Assembly: GCA_951406725.2 (NCBI GenBank)
Contig: OX597820.1
Span: 114,514,001-114,578,000, forward strand
Length of the DNA stretch: 64,000 nt
Source of the DNA: Octopus vulgaris
Lineage: Eukaryota
Reading direction: 5' to 3'
Positions 38,211 through 51,794 of this stretch are shown piece by piece. The first letter of the stretch is position 1, and each line of letters starts with the position of its first letter. A model generated the notes under the pieces. That model searched no databases. It was not told the DNA's origin and saw nothing but the letters and a program-made list of their open reading frames with translations. The position numbers were made by a program, and so were the translations under genes.

Positions 38211-39895
38211 ATCTGCTACATATGTGGAAAATCGGTGTGTGTTTGGTTGTGGCATTGTTAGTTAACTCCTACATCGTTTTATTGATCTTGATGAAACTTG
38301 ACAAATCACATTGTTTTTCTTTTTTCAAATAGTTTGTCACCCTTTTGTATCACAAATATATCCACAACATTGCACTTATTTGTATATCCTATCTTACATC
38401 AGATATTTTCAATTATGGAAGGATAGATATGACATTGTGTGAGTTTGCATGCAGTTATGAAACTGCTTGTCCTCATTACAATATTTGAGCACTGTCAGGA
38501 TTCCATACGGAATAGATAGAATCTTCAATTTCTGTTCTTCCATTTCATAATATGCATGTGACTTGTTAATAAATGGGTTCATACAATATAGAAGTATGCT
38601 TGTTATGTATGTGAGTATGTAGATATGTATTATGTATGTGCATGTGACTTATTAACAGCAGCATTTATAATTTTTACATATCTAAGGATTTCTTTATATA
38701 TGCTTGTATTTATATATGTGTGCATATGTATGTGTGTATATGTGTTATATCATCATTTAACGTCTGTTGTCCATGCTGGCATGGGTTGGACGGTTTGATC
38801 AGAGCTAGCAAGCTGGAGAGCTACATCAGACTCCAGTTTGATTTGACATGGTTTCTACACTTTACAGAGTGTGTTACATGCTTTTATGTGGCACTGCACA
38901 GGTGCTTTTACGTGGCATGGCACCACACAGGCACCATATGGGTGCTTTTACGTGACATTGCATGGGCAGGATATTTTAACATTTTTCATACATGCATTTC
39001 TTTTTATAGCTTGGCACCAAATACTATCATCAATCTCTTATAGCTTTTCTACTTCTCTCTACATCTCATAGAGTAGAAATATATACATACACATATACAT
39101 TTATACACACACACACACACACATGCATACAAACACACACATGTGCACATGCACACATCTAATCTAGAACAGTCTAGTGGTGGTCTGCTCTTGGCTAGGC
39201 CCTATGCATGTAAACCTCCAGCCCTCTCTATATGACCTAGGAGACCTAGGAGGGCCTGTGCCTTCCATTGCTGCTGTTAAGTAGATTACTGGAACTTTGG
39301 CTACCATGGTTTGACGTGGGATGAATACTGGAATGGTTTCCTGTTGCCTTCTCCAGGCAGTTGGGATTTGAACTCAGAACATAAAGTGCTGGTTGATATA
39401 CTGTAAAGCATTTCTGCTGAGGTGCCAATGTTTCTGCCACTTTCCCACTCACAGAGCAATGTGAAAAGAAGTGTTTTGCTTAAGAACACCTTGTGCTCCC
39501 TGGTTCAAAAATTGAACTCACAATCGCTAGATTGTGAGTGCTATAACTTAATCATTTGTCAAATAAAGTGATATTGTCTGCAAAAATTAGAAATTGGACA
39601 AACAAAAAATCAATATTCAAGGTAATCGAACATAAACAATGAAATGGATCTTTTCCCTTGAGTGTTTAAAAAAATATTGTGCAGATGCTATGGGTTATTT
39701 CCCTTGGGTGTTTAAAAAAAATTAGTTATATGAGGTAGATATAAAGATTTTTTTTGACCAAGTATGCCATGAGGTTTCCAGACATGAGTTCTACTCACAT
39801 GTCAAGTTTCATCAAAATCAATAAAACAATATAGGGGGAGTTAGCTAACAACACCACAAACAAACACACACCGATTTTCCACATATGTAATAGAT
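38211..39895. mobile_element. Two inverted fragments (38211-38305 plus, ~39800-39895 minus) of a TC-starting Helitron-like repeat
   Basis: acatatgtggaaaatcggtgtgtgttt...gatgaaacttgaca occurs on both strands. Confidence 0.5.
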
Positions 39896-40999
39896 ATATA
39901 TATAATGACTACTGGAAATAGTTGAATGTTAAATTTACTACAATAAGAAAAATATGCATTGACTATTATTTATGCCTTATCTTATATATGTATGTATATA
40001 GATATGTATGCACATTATATATCATCATCATCATCGTTTAACGTCCGTTTTCCATGCTGGCATTGGTTGGACAGTTTGACTGGGGTTTGGGAAGTCAGGA
40101 GGCTGCACCAGGCCCCAGTCTGATCCGGCAGTGTTTCTACAGCTGTATTCCCTTCCTAATGCCAACCACTCTGAGAGTGCAGTGAGTGCTTTTTACATGC
40201 CACCGGCACGGGCCAGAGGAGCTGGCATCGACCACGATCAGATGGTGCTTTTTACGTGCCTCCCTTCATATCTAAAAAGTTCATTCTAAATTGAAGTGAT
40301 ACCAGAACTATAGTCATGCTGTATTTTAATGCAAAATCTACTGATATGTACTCTGAGGTTTTATGAAACCTCATCTAGAATATACTTTAAGATGGTCAAT
40401 CTAATACGTGAATCCTTATCCTCCGTTCACTTCACTCACCCACCCACTCCCATAGGTAAAACTTTGAACAAAGCTGCATGGAAATGTCTGCCTTCGATAA
40501 TTATGTGCTGCAACTGAATCGACTAAATACACATAAATGCTACATCTAAAGACATAAGAGCACTTATCCAGCAGACACACATGTCAGATTGGAATTTAAA
40601 GAGAATAATACTGTAATAAATAAATTTTGAAGATATATAATTCTCCATTCTTCTTCATGATGTCTTATACAAACAGACAGACAGGTACAGATACATATAC
40701 ACATATATTCACACTTATATAGTGTATCTTAAGAGTATGACTGCTACTGTTAGGTCTAGAATTCCACATGAATTATCATCGTCTAGTCTACTCCTGATAC
40801 AGTGGTTAAGCAACTACTATACTTTGTAGTATTACTAGTTACGGCACAATGAGTACCAATAGGAGAAAGTAGGCTAGACACTAGTTCATATTATTAGTTC
40901 ATTTGTACGTGTCATCATTGTGGTTGTTTGGAGCTCTACATTAGATGTTTTAAGCTCAGTTGCATACTGAGCTTATATATATATATATATATATTTTTT

Positions 41000-41358
41000 T
41001 TTACTTGTTTCAGTCATTTGACTGCGGCCATGCTGAAGCACCGCCTTTAGTCGAGGAAATCGACCCCGGGACTTATTCTTTGTAAGCCCAGTACTTATTC
41101 TATTGGTCTCTTTTGCCGAACCGCTAAGTGACGGGGACATAAACCCACCAGCATCGGTTGTCAAGCAATGCTAGGGGGACAAACACACACACACATACAT
41201 ATATATATATACGACAGGCTTCTTTCAGTTTCCGTCTACCAAATCCACTCACAAGGCATTGGTCGGCCCGGGGCTATAGTAGAAGACACTTGCCCAAGAT
41301 GCCACGCAGTGGGACTGAACCCGGAACCATGTGGTTGGTTAGCAAGCTACTTACCACA
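41000..41358 (-). mobile_element. SINE family 1, nearly full length
   Basis: Reverse complement of 37501 copy. Confidence 0.9.
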
Positions 41359-42026
41359 CATATATATTAGATTAGCCGGTGTTTATTCAAAGCAATGAAT
41401 AGCTTTGCAGAAACCATGGTATGCTATGTTTTCTGACTTTTTAATCATCTCATAATAATGACTTTTATTACTACCGCAGTCCATCGAAATGTATATATCT
41501 GTTGTTACCTTTCATAAAAAGCCTTTTCTGTTTTTATTTACAATGTGCATTTTCGTTGATTTTTCTTATTTTCCCCTTACATTTCCACGTGTATTTTATA
41601 TTTTCTTTTTGTAACATATTTCTACTATATATATATATAGATTTATATAGACTGGAGTCCTGTTGTCAATGACCAATCATTTCTCTAAATTTCCTTCTGT
41701 TTCTGTAATGAAAATCCATTGAGTAATTTTGCAAACAGAAGATTCATATAAGCACTGAAATCTAATTTAAATTTAGGGTTCCTGTGTGAGACTTTCAGTA
41801 ATTGCATGAAAATAAGTGAACAATGTAGAGAACCTTAACAGTCAACCTGTCAAACCAGTTACTCTCTGACCTTTTTCTGTTTTTCCATCAGTCACTCATG
41901 GCCTAAATATTTGTCATGAATCACTTATCAAAGTCTATTCTCAAAAGTCCCTTGTCGGTCAATAAATGCAAGAGTTGCTTTTTCACAGTCTTGTTTTCAT
42001 CCCTGAAATATATTATCTGTAACCAA

Positions 42027-42630
42027 AGGTGGCAAGCTGGCAGAAACGTTGGAATGGCGGACGAAATGCATAGCCATATTTCGTCTGCCATTACATTCTG
42101 AGTTTACATTCCGCCGAGGTCGACTTTGCCTTTCATCCTTTCAGGGTTGATAAATTAAGTACTAGTTATGCACTGGGGTCGATATAATCGACTTAATCCA
42201 CCTGTCTGTCCTTGTTTGTCTTCTCTATGTTTAGCCCCTTGTGGGTAGTAAAGAAATATGTATTTCGTCTGCCGCTAGGTTCTGAGTTCAAATTCCGCTG
42301 AGGTCAACTTTTCCTTTCATCCTTTCGGGGTCAATAAATTAAGTACCAGTTACGCACTGGGGTCGATATAATCGACTTAATCCGTCTGTCTGTCCTTGTT
42401 TGTCCCCTCTATGTTTAGCCCCTTGTGGGTAGTAAAGAAATAGAAATAGGCATTTCGTCTGCCGCTATGTTGTGAGTTGAAATTCCGCTGAGGTCGACTT
42501 TACCTTTCATCCTTTCAGGGTCGATAAATTAAGTACCAGTTATGCACTGGGGTCGATATAATCAACTTAATCCGTTTGTCTGTCCTTGTTTGTCCCCTCT
42601 GTGTGTAGCCCCTTTGTGGGTAGTAAAAAA
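42027..42630 (+). mobile_element. SINE family 3 trimer (one head, three tandem bodies of ~185-190 bp)
   Basis: atttcgtctgcc...gtgggtagtaaa repeated three times; a dimer of the same type lies at 60458-60870 on the minus strand. Confidence 0.9.
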
Positions 42631-42782
42631 CATATATTATCTGTAACTATATGTATATATATATGCATACATATATTTAAATAGTATCCTATACATATTC
42701 AAATAGTATCATTTACATATTTAAATAGTGTCTCAGACATATTCTATAGTGTCTTTTACATATTTGAAATAGTAATATGTCT

Positions 42783-43190
42783 ATCATATTTAAAACAGGT
42801 ACATCATTGAAAGCCTTTTAAACTGCAATATTCATCTCGAGAAGGCATCTCTTATTGATATATTGTGCTAAAAGCCGCAGAAACACATCAGCAGTTGATA
42901 AAAATTTTCAAGCAATTGTAGCTTTGCTAAATATATATTTCTGTTTTTTGGGGGCTTCATCAGAAGCAAGTATCCACTGAAACTTCATGCTAAGACAAAA
43001 TCAACGATTGATGAAACCCAAAGAGTCAGCAATATATATTTAGCAATACCATCACCACTGCAGGATGGTTTTTGTCTGCTACTGATAGATTTCTATGTTC
43101 TTCAAAACTATACATTTATAAGCGATGTTTTCAAGAGGCAAATGCTACAGTTTATAAGGCTTTCAGCAATGTATCTGCTTTAAGTATGAT
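42783..43190. repeat. Degenerate long inverted repeat (~180-bp arms, ~45-bp spacer)
   Basis: atcatatttaaaacaggtacatcattgaaagcctt mirrors aaggctttcagcaatgtatctgctttaagtatgat; inner tgctaaatatatatt mirrors aatatatatttagca. Confidence 0.75.
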
Positions 43191-43667
43191 ATACAGATTA
43201 CTATTTTGAACTAATACTGCTTGTGTTGTTAATAATGAATTTATATTCAGTATCCTATTCATATTCAAATAGCACCTTATTCAACTCACTGAAAGCAATT
43301 GAAACAACATTAACAGCCTGGCAAGCATTCTGCAATATTAATGAATATTCACTATTTCTCATATGTCAAGGCACAAACTCTGTTCAAGCATGTTACAAAT
43401 GGTTACATGTTATTGACAAGTCCCCAAAAGAGTAAAGCACATCTAATATTCCTAGGAGTCATATTGTTTCAATATATATTGTATTCTTAACACAACATGC
43501 CTATGAAGAGATTTTGTCTCAGACAGGAAAAAAAAATCCCCATCAACATACTTTTCTACAGTGCATATTCATTTAGTGTGACACACAGATGGTTATTTTT
43601 GTGTTGTATTCAGTTCAGCCAACAATTTCACTGTGAAATATCCTATAAATTTTCAACTGGGTTCAAA

Positions 43668-44006
43668 GTGGGTTCAGTCCCTCTGCATGGCATCTTGGGC
43701 AAGTGTCTTCTGCTATAGCCCCGGGCCGACCAAAGCCTTGTGAGTGGATTTGGTAGACGGAAACTGAAAGAAGCTTGTCATATATATGTATATATATATG
43801 TATGTGTGTCTGTGTTTGTCCCCCTCGTATTGCTTGACAACCGATGCTAGTGTGTTTGCGTCCCCGTCACTTAGCGGTTTGGCAAAGGAGACCGATAGAA
43901 TAAGTACTGGACTTACAAAGAATAAGTCCCGGGGTCGATTTCCTCGACTAAAGGCGGTGCTTCAGCATGGCCGCAGTCAAATGACTGAAACAAGTAAAAG
44001 AGAGTA
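43668..44006 (+). mobile_element. SINE family 1, 5'-truncated
   Basis: Runs from the B box to the tail. Confidence 0.85.
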
Positions 44007-45005
44007 ACTGCTTTTGATGGAAAAATCGTAAATGTTGACTCATATTCATAAAGAAGCCGACATGCACATTAAGAAAACATTTCAAAACTTATTCTCTTCC
44101 AGTTTCTATCATCTTTATTGATGAATTGGTTGGGTGCAGTGTCTTTGACTCAACAACATCCCTTGGCAATTAATTCATGTTTATATTGGTTTTGTTTGAG
44201 AAAATTTACTGTCTTGTTAGCTTGTATAATTTCATAAATGTGAACATTTGACCCTTAACTAATTGATGTGAACATTTAAATTTTCATCATGCATATAAAT
44301 TGATTTGTGACTCACAACAGTGACAGTCCCGGCCTCTTCCTCAAAAATGTACTTGAACAATTTATATGAATTGCCTCTTGTTAATCTGTAGAATTCCAAA
44401 ATTTTCATGAGCACCACAGCCTTTATAGTCACTAGTATTGCAAATCCTCAATTTCTCTTAGCAACCACTCATATATATTGATAACATTGCTATTACTGCC
44501 TCACAAAAGAGTAGGGTTCTTTTTTTTTTTTTTTTTTTTTTTTTTAGAACTAATAAATACTTCAATCCTCATTCATTTCTAATTCTCTAAAATCTTTAAA
44601 TAAAACCCTCTTTGAAGCACTGCTCATATATGTGGAACTATGTTGCTGCTATTACATACACCAACATCCAGATTATACTTAAAAAACAATGAGCTATCTG
44701 ACTGATTATCAATGACTCATTCATCAATAGGCTTCAGCCCTTGGTTTACAAACATGCTTTTTCTTCTCTCTACCTCTTCTGATAACAAAACCAAGGCCTC
44801 TGAAATAGCTGATCTTCACTAGCACTGATGCCTTGAAAAGTGCACCCAGTATACTCTGTAAAGTGGTTGGCACCAGGAAGGACATCCAGCTATAGAAAGC
44901 ATGCCAATATGGCATGGAGACACTGGAGTATGATGCAATCCTTTGACTCCTCAGAACCTGTCAATCTGAGCAACCTATACCAACACGGAAGCCAGGCATT
45001 AAATG

Positions 45006-45041
<36 letters not shown>

Positions 45042-45499
45042 GCATGGCTGTATCATTAAGAAGTTTGCTTCCCAGTCATGAGGTTTTGGGTTCAATTCCA
45101 CTGCATGGCACTTTAGGCAAGTGTCTTTTATTATATACTCTAGCCCAAGATCAAAGTCTTGTCAGTGAATTTGGTGGATGAAAGTTGAGAAAAGCTTGTT
45201 GCATATTTATATATAAGGGGTTGGGTACTGTTCCCTTGTCTTCACATCATGTACTGAATATAAACTAGTGTTGTTCGTTTCTCACCTCCCATGAAAAAAA
45301 AACATGTCTAGCCATGGTAAAATATTAACTTTCTCAGAAACAAGTAAGGGTTGGTGAAAGGAAGGGCATCTAGCCATAGAAAATCTGCCTCAAAAACTTT
45401 TGTCTGAACCATAAAAGCATGGAAAAGTAGACTTTAAAATAGATGATGTTGACAATGGTGACATGGTGTGAAAATTGAACTGGAACGTGGAAATGGTTA

Positions 45500-45785
45500 A
45501 TATGTTGTTGGCATCCTTTTTGTCTCGGGAGACAATGGAGTTGCACATAAAATAGTCTAGTCCGGCTTTTACATTTCATGTCCTGATACATTTCCTGCTG
45601 TGGCTGTGTAGTCCTACTGGACAAACACTCCCTCTGGCAGGTACCGCAAATGTAGCGAAGACTGTTCCTGGCTGGTTGTAATGCCATAGTTTCTTGTTGA
45701 CATCTCTTCTTGTCTTTCCATTTCTCCTCTCTCTCTCTGTCACTCGTTTGTATTCCCTCTTTTACGGTACGTTGCCAATACACAA
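45500..45785 (-). mobile_element. BovB/RTE-type LINE 3' end
   Basis: WQRTVKEG...YICGTCQRECLSS C-terminal Cys motif, then ccattgtctcccgagac tail with (CAA)n. Confidence 0.7.
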
Positions 45786-46139
45786 TACTAATTAAATATG
45801 GAATGGCGTAATTAAAGAGACTTTAAATTCCATTCTACTATTCTGGTAATGCCAATGATAGGTGACAGATGGGAGATTGAAAAGGACTTAGAATATAGAA
45901 GACAACAGCATAATACGAGTAAGATGGAAAACGACAGATAGATAGAGGGATAGATTGAACAAATGGATTTCTACTTGTACGCGTATTGCAGTGTACAATT
46001 GTTAAACCTGTAATATTAAATTGTCATCTCAATGGGTTCAGTGGTGATTATGTATTGACCAATAGTATAAAGGAGAAAGAGTTTCAGTTAAATAACCAAC
46101 CCTTGGAGTACATCTACTGCTGATAGAATTAGTCATTAA

Positions 46140-46765
46140 TGATGAGAAGACCCGGCAAGCCAAATGAGACCATAACCTCGTGGCCTGTGCCTGGGGCGTA
46201 ACCAGCCCACTTGTGTGTTCCTTTTCCTTCTTTGGACACTAAACTCTGCTTGCGAAGAACTGTTGAGGCAAGTGAAATCAAAATCAAAATCAAAGTGAAA
46301 CTCGATGATGAGCACGAGCACCATATGAGCGTGATTGTTGACAGAGTGGCTAACAGGCTTCTGTGCCAGTGGCACATAAAAGGCACCATTCGAGTGTGAT
46401 CGTTACCAGCTTTGCCTTACTGGCACTTGTGCCCCATGCCAATAGGGTGCTAAGAGCACCATCTGAGCGTGATCGTTGCCTGAGTGGCACCTGTGCTGGT
46501 GGCATGTGTAAAAAGATTAGAGTGAGGTCATTGCCAGTACCGCTTTACTGGCCCCCGTGCCAGTGACACGTAAAAGTACCCACTACACTCTCAGAGTGGT
46601 TGGCGTTAGGAATGGCATCCTGCTGTAGAAACTCTGCCAGATCAAGACTGGGGCCTGGTGCAGCCATCTGGTTCGCCAGCCCACAGTCAAACCATCCAAC
46701 CTATGCTAGCATGGAAAGCGGACGTTAAACGATGATGATGATGATGCTGATGATGATGATGCTGA
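46140..46765 (+). mobile_element. RTE ORF2 end, 3' UTR array and (GAT)n tail
   Basis: EKTRQAK* followed by the same 3' UTR as 8784-9400. Confidence 0.85.
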
Positions 46766-47214
46766 TTGTAGTTGTAATAGTTGTTGCTTAACCTCAAGTT
46801 ACTCTTTGATATAACTGACCTTTTAAAGATTATATTTTTAATGTGTTCTGTCCAAACTGAAATGATGAATTGTGACTGAAGGGTTTATTTAGTTGCTGTT
46901 TCAAGCAGGATGACTGATGCTGCAGAGGCTTCATCTTGGGGCCTGTTAGTAATCATTATTTGTGGTAAGAGGTAGGTGATGCACTACTTTTGGTTTTGTA
47001 GTTGTCGGTTTATTAGTTGTGGAGATTGTGTTCAAATGTATATTGAGTTCAAAATAAAACATGAGGGATTGTTTACAAGATATTTAGTTATAAGGTCGTT
47101 ATTAGTTACATAAGGCAAATTACATAATCAACATTTAATGTCAAATCATCACAGATGTGCAACTATTATATGTAATATTACTGGATTGAAAAAGTTGTCA
47201 GCATTCACCAATAA

Positions 47215-47754
47215 TCTCTATATCTATAAATGGCAAAATGTCTGTGTGTCCTTTATAAAAATCCAGTTTTTCACGTAAAAGGCTCGCATTTTCTATGGGT
47301 TTTCTGAAGGTGGTCATGAAGATATTTTTATTTCCCCTGTCACCCCAGAAAGCCATTAAAAAAGTCGATAAACTGACCCCTTATGCCCATAAGTTATGGG
47401 CATATCCATTCAAAATTGCTAAGATATAGAAATTTGTGTGTGGTGCGTGCATACAGCTAGGTACACCAATAGACTTCCAGCTGTTTTTTGATTGGACGGA
47501 GATAATTTTACCCTTGACAGTTGAATGCACATGTGCACTTGCAGACAGTCTGTATGACTCAGCACATTTTTGTGTTTTGTGAAGATGCATTGTCATGTGT
47601 TTTGGCTTTCAAATGTGCAAGCTTTTTTGATTTGAGAAATGCAGGGAATAATTAACGAGTTAGACCAAGTGAATGACAAGAGAGAGGGATTTTCATGAAA
47701 GACCAAATATGCTTGACTAGCACTAGACCCGGCAACGACGGGTCATAGTGCTAG
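47215..47754 (+). mobile_element. Non-autonomous Helitron-like element
   Basis: A|TC start, subterminal hairpin gacccg-gcaacga-cgggtc, CTAG|T end. Confidence 0.75.
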
Positions 47755-48079
47755 TATGACATGTAATAGTTACACTTCTGATGATCTGACATTAAACTTT
47801 GATTGTGTAATTTCCATTATGTAACTCACCTCATGTTAATAAAAATGTATATAAGATGGTGTAACTAAATACCTTATTAACAATCTCTCATGTTTTGCAC
47901 TGTTTTCCACTTATACTCATTGTAACATTCAAAACTAAAATTTCATAACAAAGGAAATGCAGGTGGAGTTCTTAATATTGCTTATTATGTAATTGAAGGT
48001 TTAAATTGTACTCTATGTATGTATTGAGTTCAGATTTCTAATACTAAATATGATTTATCTTCTATTTTTCTATCATTAG

Positions 48080-48213
48080 GGGTGGATATGAGAAGGCCAG
48101 TCAACATTTCCAGCCTGCTGATCTTGATGTCAATTTGAAGGGACGCAGCTTTATGGTCACTGGTGGCAGTAGTGGTGTAGGCAAATCTATTGTTGAGGAC
48201 CTGGCTAAAAGAG
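48080..48213 (+). CDS. DHRS12: DHRS12-like coding exon 2 (Rossmann TGxxxGxG motif)
   Basis: tttttctatcattag|G GGYEKASQHFQPADLDVNLKGRSFMVTGGSSGVGKSIVEDLAKR G|gttagt; joins exon 1 in frame (AA+G = Lys). Confidence 0.92.
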
Positions 48214-49815
48214 GTTAGTTTTATTTTCCTACTTATTGCTTCTGTTTATATTATTAGACAGGTAAATAAGGTCACTGGAATGGATTGCCTTAAAAGCACT
48301 GAATTGGGCGAAGGACACTGGATTGGATTAAAAGCACTGGAACGAGCTAAATGAATTGGATAAGGAGAATCATTAGGGCGTTGGGCTAAATGCCTTCTGT
48401 CTCTTTATATTCTAAGTCCAACTTCTGCTGAAGCCGACTTTGCCCTTTATCCCTCCAAGGTCAATAAAGTACCAGATAAGTACTAGAGTCAATGGTTTCA
48501 GCAAAACCCCTCCCTTCAAGATTACTGGCCTTAGGTTTAAATCAGAAAGCACTTAGTTGATAGAGCCCTTAATCTTTTGAGCTGTATAGTGACCTTGCTA
48601 GTGTTGGCACCACACAAAAAGCACCCAGTACATTCTGCAAAGTAGTTGGTGTTAAGAAGTAGAAACCATGCAAAAGCAGACACTTGAGCAAAACACTTCA
48701 TTTCACATTGCTCCAGTCCACACAGCTGAGTTCCAACAATAGCTGGGGATATTTACACTGCAGCTGACAAGCATCCCATTCAGTTGGGAGAATGTTCTGA
48801 TCTCAGTCACTGATACACCATGGAAACCAGGTTGAACTCCAACCTTATGAGCCCCAGGAAGCATAAGCCTAATTCTAATTCTAATGAAGAATGATGAAAC
48901 AAGTTAACAGAGAGTCCTTGATTGACAAAAGCCACAGATCTTAGTAAACTTTCTCATAGGAAAACAAAACAAATTGCTATATTAAATGTCATGGAAAATG
49001 AAATTAATCAAGATGAAATCATTAACACACTCAGGTCTATTAGCAAATTAAGATACAGTTTAGAATCACACCATCGTATTTTTAATATTAGAAGTCTATA
49101 AATGATGGTTATTATCTGACCTCTGCACAGCTTGTTTAACACTTAATATATTCTCTTAAATATTTATGCTTCTTATATACTAAATGTATAATGATTTTTA
49201 GATAAACCTTCATCTTTCTTAGGTTAGATTGATGGTGACCATCCCCTCCTCCAATTAGTTTTTAATTAATGACTGGCAAGGTTTTCATCTAATTAAAGTG
49301 TACTTCTTCATTGTTATTCTTCATCTCTTGGTTTATTAAATTTGGTACACAAACACAAACTCACACTCTCTTATACACGCACAAACTCACACAGACATGC
49401 ATACACATACAAACACACACACATAAACACAGACTCCACATATACATGCACACAAATGCACACAAACACACACACACACACAAATACACATCATTATCAT
49501 CATTGTTTTCACATCAATTTTCCATGCTGGCATAACTTAGACAAAACCTATTGAAGCAAATTTTTCTAGTTGGATGCTCTTTCTGTCACCAATCCTTACT
49601 TGCATCCAAGTATGGTAATATCTCCCCTTGGTCAGATATATTTTCACAGAAGTTTAGAAATGAATGACATTGTTTGTATGACAGTAACACTTGCTTACAA
49701 CTATTTTACGATGTCAAGACAAAGAGACACCAGGATGCACGCTCTCTCTCTCTCTCCCAACACTCACATGTAAGCACATATACACATGTCCATAGGCACA
49801 CATGCACATGTAATA

Positions 49816-49864
<49 letters not shown>

Positions 49865-49972
49865 ATTTAGGAATGGTCATTTTGCCAGTTTAGCCAATAA
49901 AAACACACACACACTATATATTTGGTGTTATTCAGCATTATTTATTTTTTACATTAATCTTAATCTTATTTC

Positions 49973-50017
49973 GGCCAGAGTTCTTTCATCACACTCCTGT
50001 GACCTCATCAGTGGTCC
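49973..50017 (-). ncRNA. Minimal type-I hammerhead ribozyme-like motif
   Basis: Minus strand reads ggacca-CTGATGA-g-gtcac-aggagt-gtgat-GAAA-gaac-TC-tggcc. Confidence 0.6.
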
Positions 50018-51134
50018 TTTGCTTTCTTCTTTCTTATTTGTGTGTCTCTCCTTACTAACGGTCAGCCATTTTGTATTCCTCTTGTATGTGTCTTCATTTG
50101 GGCATGTGTATACCTCCATGTGTGTCTATGTTTAGTTAATGTGTGTGTGTGGGGGGGGGGAGTGTCTGTAATATCTGTATCTCCTGTTTATACACGTTCG
50201 TGTAATTTGTTTTTGTTTATTTTTATTTTGTTCATGTGTTTACACCTACTTATTATTATTTTTTATTATTATTATTTTTTATTATTATTATTATTTTTTA
50301 AAAATCGATGCTGGTGTGATTACATCCCCGTAACTTAGCGGTTTGGCAAAAGAGACCGATAGAATAAGTACTAAGCTTACAAAGAATAAGTCCTGGGGTC
50401 GATTTGCTCAACTGAAGGTGGTGCTCCAGCATGGCCACAGTCAAATGACAAACAAATAAACGAATATATATATATATATATATACTTTATTTAAAGCAGC
50501 AGAAAATTCAACAAAACATGTTACTCTGAGTTTCCGAAACTCACTACTTTAAATAAAGCATATTACTCTACCACTGGTATTTGAGTACTCTCTTTTCCAC
50601 CTTGTTTCACATTTATGTGTTTACTCCGGTATATATATATATATATATATATAGTTAATCCAAACAAGAAAACACAAAAAAATACACAGCAACGCGAGGA
50701 CATGGAACAAATAAAGTATTATTGGACATATCATGGCACTCCGACGGTTAACAGAACAACCTGCTCATGAAACAGAAAGAAAGAGAGAGAGTTGTGGTGA
50801 AAGAGTATAGCAGGGTTCGCCACCACCCCCTGCTGGTGCCTTGTGGAGCTTTAGATGTTTTTGCTCAATAAATGCTCGCAACACCCGGTCTGCGATTTGA
50901 AACCGCAATCCTACAACCACGATTCTGCTGCCCTAACCACTGGGCCATTGCACCTCCACACACACACATATATAGCATCTTTCTGTTCCCCACTCCATTA
51001 AATCCACCCACGAGGTTGGCCTAGGGCTATAATAGAAGACACTTGGCTAAGATGTCATGCTGTGAGACTGAACTCAAAACTGGGTAGTTGAGAAGTGAAC
51101 TTTTTAACCACACGACTATGCCAGTGTATGTGTG

Positions 51135-51170
<36 letters not shown>

Positions 51171-51794
51171 CGTCTAGAAATGATATATCAAGAGAGATAA
51201 ATGCATTAAAGAGATGGTTATTTCTGGATGTTACATTATCAGCTTTTAGAAATGCACAGCCAAGTCTTGTAATTGTTACCAGAACAGTTTTAAAGAATTA
51301 TATTCCACAGAAAGTTAATCTCAGTATACTCTTCCTTTTTTTTTCCTTCCCATTCTTTGGTTCTCTTGTAAAAACAAATAGCTTTGGTTTCTCCATCAAA
51401 AGATTCAAGAATTAATTTTCGTTTCCCCACCCTCTTCCTTCAGAAATCAATAACACTAATATCGTTTCATTATTTGAGAGGGAGTAGTTTATTTATCATA
51501 GCTGACTGAGTTTTCATTTTGTGGACATAGGAATTATTGATTTTATGTTGTATTTATAGAGTCAGATCAAAGTCCTGGGTTTTCATCATTATTCTACAAT
51601 TTTAACTTGTTCATTCAAATATTTTTCATTTTTCTGGGTTTTTTTACAGTACCAAAAAAAAATGTTTGTAACAGAACAACTTACCATAATATAATTAAAT
51701 AGATTTGAACCTGCATGTTTGCCTCTATTTTACTTTTGGCCTTTCTTACAGATATTTCTCAAAACTATTGTCTTCATTAACAGCAGCAGCAGCA

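Noticed and set aside
44030-44480. Possible Tc1-like transposase remnant on the minus strand (FEEEAGTVTV)
   Set aside because: Too decayed to support beyond one short motif.
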